Below the pieces are notes generated by a model, which saw only the letters and a list, made by a program, of their open reading frames with translations, was not told the origin of the DNA and did not search any database. A stretch of 64,000 bases of DNA from a virus (Duplodnaviria; Caudoviricetes), in the IMG/VR virus record IMGVR_UViG_3300020577_012633, positions 1 through 64,000 of that record; one strand, given 5' to 3'. The position numbers and the translations under genes are program-made. Position 1 is the stretch's first letter; each line of letters begins with the position of its first letter. Positions 29,967-37,033 of the stretch are shown piece after piece.

Positions 29967-30342
29967 AACCTTGCAGGTTGCGAACAGAATCTGCCTTTTT
30001 AGCGGCAATTTGTTTTGCTACTATCCTAGAATTCAATTCAGCGTTAGCATCTCTGGTTAGATCATTGAGTAATTCTTTTTGTTTGTTCAAGAAACTCTGA
30101 TTTACCTCAACATCCTTCGGAATAAATAAACGACCTGCTAAATTTTCACCAAAGCCTTTGGTGTCAAAGAAGCATTGAGGCTCGATATTTTTGCTTCTAT
30201 GATTATTGTAGGAAACTATTCTTACTGTTACATCTTGAATCCATTTTCCATCAACATTTACACTAGACTTAACTGGTATAACAATTTCAGATTTATAGCA
30301 ATCAGCAGCGTTTGTGTTTTTTGTATCAAAAGTAAAATCCAT
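29965..30342 (-). CDS. hypothetical protein (passenger of the homing cassette)
   Basis: 125 aa; its stop codon overlaps the junction with the displaced Ro60 fragment. Confidence 0.6.
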   Translation of the reverse strand: MDFTFDTKNTNAADCYKSEIVIPVKSSVNVDGKWIQDVTVRIVSYNNHRSKNIEPQCFFDTKGFGENLAGRLFIPKDVEVNQSFLNKQKELLNDLTRDANAELNSRIVAKQIAAKKADSVRNLQG

Positions 30343-30352
30343 TCGTATACCT

Positions 30353-31144
30353 TTATATTTGAGCAGATTTATTAATCGCTTGCTTTTCTGTATCGTAAGC
30401 TCCGCCCCAAATCAACCGACCTTTCACCATCTTTTTAACAATCCATTTCTGTCGAGCATTGCACCAGCTTACGTTCTTATGCTTGGAGGTCTTATTTTGA
30501 TGCCCAGACTGGATTGAATCAAAGAGTTGCTTCTTTCTATCCAGGTATATATTAGCATCATTATACAGCCAACCTTTGAACTCTTGTAGCTGCTCATTAC
30601 CACCCCAAGCAAGACTCCATATAGATTTCTTAGGTAGTATTGAAACCTGATTGAGTCCAGCTTTTTCTATTAACAAATCTCGAACAGCTTCAAGAAAGGC
30701 TTTTGTTCCAACAAGGGTTAGAGAGTGTTCGCCTAAATGATTCCTGCAAATACACCCGTCTCCATCAAAGAAGCCTCTAATGAAGTGATGAACTAGATTG
30801 TCAGGCACCAATGAAATGACAAAAGCAGTTCCGTTTTTAGTTTTACCATTACGAATGTCTTTTTCGGCCAAATCACGGCATATCTCAACGCTACTAACAA
30901 CACAGCGTACTGTCAAGTATCGCTTGTTGGTTCGCTTGTCAATATAAGAATATGGAGAAAGCGTTGTGTCAAAGATCCTGGCAAACTTTTCAAGATGGTT
31001 GGCGTCTGTCTCCTGTAGTGTTATGCTAATTTGTTTGTTGTTTTTGTATACATACCCATCCGCGTAGAAAAAACCTAACCAGTAGGCTTTCTCTTCTGAG
31101 TCGATTGTTTGAAAGAATCTACGGTCAAATTTATGAGTGTTCAT
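30353..31144 (-). mobile_element. LAGLIDADG homing endonuclease with C-terminal AP2-like tail
   Basis: YWLGFFYADG and HFIRGFFDGDG double motifs; C-terminal SKHKNVSW...KW...GAYDTEKQA. Confidence 0.9.
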
Positions 31145-31148
31145 ATAA

Positions 31149-31195
31149 ACAAATACAGGGTATGAAGGAAATCTCCTCCATACCCTGTATTGTTT
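31149..31195 (-). promoter_or_regulatory. long hairpin immediately upstream of the LAGLIDADG start codon
   Basis: AATACAGGGTATG...CATACCCTGTATT perfect 13-bp inverted repeat. Confidence 0.6.
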
Positions 31196-31218
31196 TTCAG
31201 GTTTTTCTAGAACAACCC

Positions 31219-32859
31219 TTACTTAGTACGCAAGGGACGCTTAATGAAATCAGACATGACGGCAGGTGCGGAGGTGTCGAAGCCCACGCAATCCATCATT
31301 CCAGGATCATTAGGATCGGCAATGCTGAACGGAGTACCAGTCATGCCGCAAACAACCAACTTGGCCTCAGGCTTACGCTGGTTACGATACTGGCGAAGAG
31401 CCTCAGCAGGCTTAATGTCACCTGCCCAGGTCTCGTTGTCGGTGTAGACAAAGAAACCATCAACATCAAGCTTGTGCTTAGATGCATGAACCATAGGCAG
31501 AGAACAATCCGTTCCGCTGAATGGCAATCCTGAGATTACCTTAAGCACTCCATCAAGACGCATACGAGGACTGATCTTCAGCTCAATCAGGTCTGTTGAG
31601 AATCCTACAATATGATAGTTCTTTTCAGAACGAGCAGTTGCAAGAGCCATAACAGCCGTACCTTCGCGAGGAGTTACGAATTCCAAGCCTCCAATGCTTC
31701 CCATGCTCATTGAACCTGAAACATCCAAAGCAAGCATGATGTTCTTACCTGAAGGTTCAATAGCGTCAAATGCCATGTAAAGCATTTCATCAAGAGCATC
31801 GTTGATTTGCTGAATAGGAGTCCAGGTCAAAGAACCCTTAATGCCGCGACCTTGAGCATAAGTCTTGAGAGCAGCAAGGACTGCAATCGGGTGAATGCGA
31901 GCCTTCTTGATTGCTTCAGGATTCGTAAGACGAGCAATAACAGTCTTCAATTCGCTCGAAAGCGGCTTGAGAACGCCATATGAAGTCATACGGTTCAAGG
32001 TACGCAAGGTTGCGCCAAGAGGCATGTTAGGAAGAAGCGCAGCCCAAACCTTCGGGTCGTTGGCGACTTCCTTTGGAACCAACTCGTGAGGAAGCTGATA
32101 TTCCTCAACAATCTTAGCAACAATATTCGCGTTCGTCTGGCCCTTGATCTTGTTTGCTCCTTCGAGGATAGACAAACTCTCAGGAACCTTCTTAGGAAGT
32201 TCACCGTCCTTGGTTACATAGTTATAGATCATATTGTGAAGTTCATCACCATGAGCGTGACACTTACGCAAGAGATCTGAGTGAGACCAGGCTGACTTTG
32301 CGTTACCTTCCTCGGCTGTACGCTGAGGATACTTGACAACCTGAAGCGCAAGGCGATCAGGAGTCATACCGTTGTACCAGTTAGAGAATGCGTTACGAAG
32401 TCCTGAACCCCAGCCACGAAGACCGTCAACATAGTGAGCGAATTGGAAAAGATGAGTACCAATACGCGCAACCTTTGGAAGAGAATCAAGAGCAAGGCGG
32501 CGAGTAGGAAGATCTCCCTGAGAAGCACAGATTGCAAGCGCAAAGAGAGCAGGATCGTTCTTTGGAGCGCGACCTGAATCGCTAATCTCAACGATCTTCT
32601 GAACGGTACGAGTACCGTTTTCTGCAACGCAATCAACGACATTCTTAGCGTTGTCAAGAGCCATCTTGTGCTGAGTGCAATACATAGTTGCACCATCAGT
32701 ACCTAGGATGAGGAAGCGATCTAGGCGATCCCACTTGTCAATTTCATAAACATAACCACCTGCGTTATTCTTCACAGTGCCAGGAGTAGGGGTGGTTTGA
32801 GAAGTGACCTTTGGGGTCTTGGTAGTAATCGCTGCTGACGCCTTGCTGAACTTTGCCAT
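31219..32859 (-). CDS. rsr: Ro60/Rsr TROVE-domain RNA-binding protein with vWA domain
   Basis: NNAGG, RFLILG, RGWG, WSHxDLLR, LDVSGSM (MIDAS), GTDCSLP, YTDNETW and VGFD; start MAKF after AGGAG. Confidence 0.95.
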   Translation of the reverse strand: MAKFSKASAAITTKTPKVTSQTTPTPGTVKNNAGGYVYEIDKWDRLDRFLILGTDGATMYCTQHKMALDNAKNVVDCVAENGTRTVQKIVEISDSGRAPKNDPALFALAICASQGDLPTRRLALDSLPKVARIGTHLFQFAHYVDGLRGWGSGLRNAFSNWYNGMTPDRLALQVVKYPQRTAEEGNAKSAWSHSDLLRKCHAHGDELHNMIYNYVTKDGELPKKVPESLSILEGANKIKGQTNANIVAKIVEEYQLPHELVPKEVANDPKVWAALLPNMPLGATLRTLNRMTSYGVLKPLSSELKTVIARLTNPEAIKKARIHPIAVLAALKTYAQGRGIKGSLTWTPIQQINDALDEMLYMAFDAIEPSGKNIMLALDVSGSMSMGSIGGLEFVTPREGTAVMALATARSEKNYHIVGFSTDLIELKISPRMRLDGVLKVISGLPFSGTDCSLPMVHASKHKLDVDGFFVYTDNETWAGDIKPAEALRQYRNQRKPEAKLVVCGMTGTPFSIADPNDPGMMDCVGFDTSAPAVMSDFIKRPLRTK

Positions 32860-32872
32860 ATCAAAACTCCTT

Positions 32873-33436
32873 CTAATCGACTTCAACAGGTGTTGTTGAA
32901 GTATTCAAAACTGCCACCTCTGCTATTGAATTTGCAGATCGAGGTTCAGTATACGACTGAGCCTCATAGTGGTCAAGTATAAAATGATTGATTTCTTCTT
33001 TTGTCGGCCTCGGTGGTCTATTTATGAAATCTTCCACCGTATCCTTGAAAACAAAAATATCTTTTACTCTTACTTCTTTTCTCGGGTCAAATGGAGTAAA
33101 CCATTTTTCCTCAACATTTATTTCCATGTACCAGCTATATTGCCAATTTTCTATCGTAAATTCTCTAGGGTCTAAGAACTTTCTACCAGCTATATGAATA
33201 GCTGTAGCTCTATGAAGACCATCATGAACAAACAAAGCTCCATCTTCAAACCTGACAATCTTGATGAGATCGTCAATCTTGAGCAGTTTTGAAGTCTTTT
33301 CAATTTTCTTTTTAGGGAATATTGAAAGATTATCTTTTGTAAAGATTCCACCACTTTTAACAAAATTAACCATTTCTGGTATTTGTTCTGCGTTGCGCAG
33401 ATAATTTTGCATCGGAATGAGAGAATCTACTAGCAT
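32873..33436 (-). CDS. ParB/Srx-like fold protein
   Basis: PMQ...VHDGLHRATA resembles the ParB-N DGxHR motif; lies between the ncRNA array and rsr. Confidence 0.5.
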   Translation of the reverse strand: MLVDSLIPMQNYLRNAEQIPEMVNFVKSGGIFTKDNLSIFPKKKIEKTSKLLKIDDLIKIVRFEDGALFVHDGLHRATAIHIAGRKFLDPREFTIENWQYSWYMEINVEEKWFTPFDPRKEVRVKDIFVFKDTVEDFINRPPRPTKEEINHFILDHYEAQSYTEPRSANSIAEVAVLNTSTTPVEVD

Positions 33437-33440
33437 TTAA

Positions 33441-33564
33441 TGCGTCCGCCGGGATTCGAACCCGGACTATATCTTGGATAGAGATAACCTTTTCCTATCG
33501 ACCTGTTTTACCAGATGTGTTGTTGGTCAAGGGTTTTATGTGCTAGCCATTACACTACAGACGC
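33441..33564 (-). ncRNA. tRNA-shaped RNA with a 52-nt Y-RNA-like stem inserted between the D and anticodon arms
   Basis: acceptor GCGUCUG/CGGACGC-A; D arm GUGU-AAUGGCUA-GCAC; AC-like arm UAUCU-CUAUCCA-AGAUA; T arm CCGGG-UUCGAAU-CCCGG; insert has AACAACAC / GGUCGAUA...GGUUAUC. Confidence 0.85.
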
Positions 33565-33578
33565 CTTATTCAATTGTC

Positions 33579-33660
33579 AAAAAGAAAACTCAGGTATGGT
33601 AATAGAAGACGGTTTAACTATGATCAGATAACCGTCTTCAATCGACTGGAATCTTCTTCT
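33579..33660 (-). ncRNA. Y-RNA-like hairpin without tRNA domain
   Basis: CAGUCGAUU-GAAGACGGUU...AACCGUCUUC-UAUUACCAU-ACCUG; 10-bp perfect upper stem. Confidence 0.7.
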
Positions 33661-33661
33661 A

Positions 33662-33695
33662 AAACGGTTCTTGAAGTTGCCTTCAAAAACCGCTT
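33662..33695 (-). other. 15-bp hairpin with GCAA tetraloop between ncRNA units
   Basis: AAGCGGUUUUUGAAG-GCAA-CUUCAAGAACCGUUU. Confidence 0.7.
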
Positions 33696-33955
33696 GAATA
33701 TTTGGTTTACTGCTGTGCTTACTTAGGCCACCAAACAGTACGATGTAAGGGGTTCTCACCCTTTTTTGTCAAATCCTAAGACCTGACTTTGATCGTAAAC
33801 CGCCAAAATGCCACTTTTGACAATACCGTTCAAACCCTGGCTAGAGTCACCCTAGTCACCCGTCTACGACCTGTATAGGTTCAACACTATGCGTGTTTAC
33901 CATCGTTGCCCACTGTCCTTGAGCAATCAAGGACTTTCGAAAACCATCTATTCAA
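33694..33955 (-). ncRNA. unidentified ~262-nt multi-branched structured RNA
   Basis: closing stem UUGAAUA..UGGUUU/AAACCA..UAUUCAA plus at least five internal helices and a T-loop-like hairpin. Confidence 0.6.
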
Positions 33956-33963
33956 ATGTCAAA

Positions 33964-34026
33964 GTACCGAATATGTTGTTGAAAAAAGACGTTTTTCAGG
34001 TTAATCTTTTCTCTTCGACTCGATAC
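33964..34026 (-). ncRNA. minimal Y-RNA-like hairpin
   Basis: GUAUCGAGU-CGAA-GAGAAAAGAU...GUCUUUUUUC-AACAACAU-AUUCGGUAC. Confidence 0.7.
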
Positions 34027-34071
34027 AAATGCCTGCAAAGGCCGTCTAAGCCTAGGTCAGGAAAAAAGAAT

Positions 34072-34155
34072 CGGAAAAGGTATTAATTGGCGAACGGGTG
34101 CCTTTCGGCGTACTTGCAAATTGTAAGTTAACCGTCCATCCTTCGACCAGTTCCG
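34072..34155 (-). ncRNA. Y-RNA-like RNA with branched apex
   Basis: CGGAA..GGU-CGAA-GG.UGGACGG-UUAAC...GCC-GAAA-GGC...CCGUUCG-CC-AAUUAAU-ACC..UUCCG. Confidence 0.7.
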
Positions 34156-34205
34156 TCTTATTCTATTTTACTGAAAGTTCTTTGGTAGGCGTTTCAGTAT
34201 TTCTT

Positions 34206-34233
34206 CTATCGGCAAGAATCAAAAAGAACTTGA
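34206..34233 (-). promoter_or_regulatory. putative promoter of the ncRNA array/rsr operon (sigma28-like)
   Basis: TCAAG-N15-GCCGATAG on the minus strand, ~50 nt before the first RNA unit. Confidence 0.55.
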
Positions 34234-34250
34234 ATTCTTCCACGAATTTA

Positions 34251-35183
34251 TTATACGGCAGACAAAGAAGGGGAGTCAACAGTCCTCTCTATTTCTTGTG
34301 CTTTTTTGAGCGCAAAATCCTTGGCCTTAAACTCATAATCCAGATCTACATTATAGCCGTAAGTATTTGGAGTATATGTAGGATATTCTGCATGTTTTCT
34401 TGGATTATTTTGACCAGGAAGAGATTCGCAAAAATGAAACAAAGGTTTATAAGAACCCCAAGTCTGAGCGCAAAGCTCAAAAGCTTCTTTTTCTGTGAGT
34501 CCTCCACTATTGCAACGATGGTGCAAATAATCGAATGTTATTGGAATACCAGTAAGACTATGGATATATTCAACTAGATTGCGAGCGTTCCATATTCCTT
34601 TGTCCTCAGTCTCTACCACAAGACGGCTTTTAGCAGCCTCGTCAAGCCTCTCTAAACCATCTTTGAAGCGTTTGGCGATGTCTTTGGGGTCTCCGTTAGA
34701 ACCATTGATATGGATGTTTACAGGCGATTCTGGCGACAATGGAGAGCCAAGCTTAGACATGAACCAGCCATGATGATTCAATTCACGTATCGTGCTATCA
34801 ACTGATTTTTCATTTTTACTCGCAAGAACATTGAATTGGTCTGGATGACAAGAAAGTCTAACATGATTCAGTAAAGCTGCTTCTGCGCAACTAAGAAAAA
34901 GATTATCCAGTTCTTTTACGTTTGGAAGATTTTCCCATTTGATATTTGACTCAGGATGAGTCATAAGCGGGAAGATATCACTACTAACCCGATAGCACCA
35001 TCCATTTGCGATGCAATGAGTTAAAATTTTTCGTATAACTTTCAGATTGTTTTCGTATTTTTCTGAAAGAATAGAAAGAGCTTTATCTTCTAATTGAACG
35101 AATCGAGTCCATGTCATAGTTTGAAAACTATAACCAGACTCTTTTAGACCATTGTGAATGCAACAAAGACCTTTATTACCCAT
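34251..35183 (-). CDS. uvsE: UV damage endonuclease
   Basis: GLCC, YRVSSDIFP, RLSCHPDQF, ETED, FDYLHH and H-x-E motifs; start moved to MGNKGLCC. Confidence 0.9.
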   Translation of the reverse strand: MGNKGLCCIHNGLKESGYSFQTMTWTRFVQLEDKALSILSEKYENNLKVIRKILTHCIANGWCYRVSSDIFPLMTHPESNIKWENLPNVKELDNLFLSCAEAALLNHVRLSCHPDQFNVLASKNEKSVDSTIRELNHHGWFMSKLGSPLSPESPVNIHINGSNGDPKDIAKRFKDGLERLDEAAKSRLVVETEDKGIWNARNLVEYIHSLTGIPITFDYLHHRCNSGGLTEKEAFELCAQTWGSYKPLFHFCESLPGQNNPRKHAEYPTYTPNTYGYNVDLDYEFKAKDFALKKAQEIERTVDSPSLSAV

Positions 35184-35643
35184 TAGGTTCTTTCTTCTTT
35201 TTAATGCTTTCCATAAGAGAATCATAGGCTTGCAAATCGCTTGCAACCATAGATACAAGTGAATTATACTGTTCTGGAGCCAAATGTTCGAACAGCATTC
35301 GCCAATCTTCACAGGCTCTACTTGTGCCTTCGTATGAAGTTCCACAAGCCCAAACCGCTGTAGAAGCTTGACATGATTTATCAGGTTTTTCAGGCCAAGG
35401 ATAATCAGGGACATGTTTTTTAGCACAAAGATATGCGTTAGCAACATCGTTTTCAAGCGTTGCAAGTCTTGCCTGATCTACGTTAGCGAAATATCCACTA
35501 TTATAAACTGAATTCAAAAGAGAACATTCTTCTAGAGCTTCTCTTTCTGTATCCCATTTATTATCGCTTTGATATGGCCCTTCGCAAAACCATTTATGCC
35601 AAGAAGTTTTAACAACTTTAAATGGACTTGGACCAATAATCAT
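35176..35643 (-). CDS. hypothetical protein
   Basis: 155-aa ORF coupled to neighbours. Confidence 0.55.
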   Translation of the reverse strand: MIIGPSPFKVVKTSWHKWFCEGPYQSDNKWDTEREALEECSLLNSVYNSGYFANVDQARLATLENDVANAYLCAKKHVPDYPWPEKPDKSCQASTAVWACGTSYEGTSRACEDWRMLFEHLAPEQYNSLVSMVASDLQAYDSLMESIKKKKEPNG

Positions 35644-36347
35644 TTCGTGCCATTCCTTATTGCTGTTGAACTAAGCCTCAAAAGAGAATCATCAATTGGA
35701 AGACTAGAATCAAACATATTTTTTGGAGTTGCATAATACATATTTTGAATAGTTTCCAAAGAACAGACCTGACCACCAGTGTATCTTTTAGAAACAATGA
35801 AGTCAGCTTGAATACCTTGAACCCCAGCAATGCCGTGATGGTCCACAAGTCGTTGTGCTGTATCAAAACCGATGAAAAATGTAGGACGAATCCAATATGA
35901 AACTAGTCCTGCCTTTTCAAAGAAAAAAGATGCATTAGTAACCCAAACAGGAGCATAAGACTTAAATTGTTCAAGTCTTGCCCTAAGTTCTTCCAGCGAT
36001 AAATATGGCTTTTCTAATCTGTTTATAGATATTTCAAAAACCTTAGTTATTGGTTTTACCAAATGGCTAATACCTTTTAATGAAGTATTAGGATGAATGG
36101 TATCATAAATTTTGTCATAAATAAATTTATGAGCATCATGTAGAGGATTAAAACTTCCAGGAACAACAGCAAAGATTCCATTGTTCATTCCTCTATGACC
36201 CATATTAGGCAAGTCAAAATAAGAAAGAGGATTCTTGACAGAACCATCAGGAAGAACAACAAACGAATCGAGGCGACTGCGACTGCTCGCAATCACCTCA
36301 TAAAAAGATTCTAGCGTATCGTATGACATGGTTTTAGCAGGATGCAA
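35640..36347 (-). CDS. HxGH-like nucleotidyltransferase (NMNAT/cytidylyltransferase-like)
   Basis: PGSFNPLHDAH, FEIS, FFEKA, GFDTAQRL and terminal SSTAIR. Confidence 0.75.
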   Translation of the reverse strand: MHPAKTMSYDTLESFYEVIASSRSRLDSFVVLPDGSVKNPLSYFDLPNMGHRGMNNGIFAVVPGSFNPLHDAHKFIYDKIYDTIHPNTSLKGISHLVKPITKVFEISINRLEKPYLSLEELRARLEQFKSYAPVWVTNASFFFEKAGLVSYWIRPTFFIGFDTAQRLVDHHGIAGVQGIQADFIVSKRYTGGQVCSLETIQNMYYATPKNMFDSSLPIDDSLLRLSSTAIRNGTK

Positions 36348-36963
36348 GAATATCGTTATTGTTTACAACATATCCTGAACCTGAATTGTGCATACGCTGC
36401 ACAAACTCTCCATGTTCAAGTTTAGGGAAAAGAGAAACATCATTCATGATAATCGCAAGAGCAACTTGAGCAATACGACGATCTTCCTGAAAGCGAATAT
36501 CATCAATGTATCGCTGACCCTTAGCGGAAAGAATGTCGTATTCTTGCTGTTCTAGCTTGTTCATTTGGAAGATAAACATATCTCCCCTGCTTGTGGTAAT
36601 ATAAGCTCGATTATCTCCACGACGCCAGCGATCAGTAGTACAAGCACTGTTGATTACAACGTAAAGAAGATCCGGCTCACCACAGTAATTTGAAAGAGCG
36701 CGAAGAGCATCGTGCGTTCCTTCAGGATTTACAAAAGAGAATTTTTCAGGATCAGGGATATCCGATCCAGCATACTTGGTAAGGAAATTGGCTGTATCTC
36801 GGTTATACGGCTCAATAGCTGTATGATAAAGTCTGTTAGTGCCGGGGAAACGGCGGAAATCCAAGGCAGAGAAACCTCCGCCTGCGATGAAGAACGCAAT
36901 TTTTGGTCCCTGGTATTCAGTACGGAAAGTCGAAATTACTTGTTCAAGACTCGGCGAAATCAT
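36334..36963 (-). CDS. CinA-like (NMN deamidase-fold) protein
   Basis: IAGGG...PG...EPY and RRGDNRAYI; adjacent to the NTase, resembling the two halves of CinA-like/NTase fusion proteins. Confidence 0.5.
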   Translation of the reverse strand: MISPSLEQVISTFRTEYQGPKIAFFIAGGGFSALDFRRFPGTNRLYHTAIEPYNRDTANFLTKYAGSDIPDPEKFSFVNPEGTHDALRALSNYCGEPDLLYVVINSACTTDRWRRGDNRAYITTSRGDMFIFQMNKLEQQEYDILSAKGQRYIDDIRFQEDRRIAQVALAIIMNDVSLFPKLEHGEFVQRMHNSGSGYVVNNNDILASC

Positions 36964-37033
36964 AAATGTTTCCTTTGTTTTGGGGGTTCAACGTCTTATT
37001 TTTTGCGAAGAAGTCTAGAGCCGTTTCCTAGAT

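Noticed and set aside
33487-33538. Self-splicing or BHB intron in a normal tRNA
   Set aside because: 52 nt is too short for a group I intron, no clear bulge-helix-bulge is present, and the insert matches the neighbouring Y-like module. Not fully excluded without RT-PCR.
33694-33955. RNase P, tmRNA or group I intron identity for the 262-nt RNA
   Set aside because: GAAAGUCC is present but paired locally, with no P4 partner. There is no Ala-type acceptor end or tag frame, and no P7 core is recognisable.
33577-34086. Short ORFs 33577..33759 and 33889..34086
   Set aside because: They have no RBS or motifs, and the region is better explained by RNA structure.
33441-34155. CRISPR array interpretation of the repeated GUCGA/GGUUA units
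   Set aside because: Only short motifs and structure recur; there are no identical 25-40-nt repeats with regular spacers and no cas genes.
35184-35465. N-terminal extension of UvsE, and likewise of RtcB, SNase, protease and DUF4326 in the ORF track
   Set aside because: The extensions overlap upstream genes or promoters; downstream starts match the family N-termini, several with a clear RBS.
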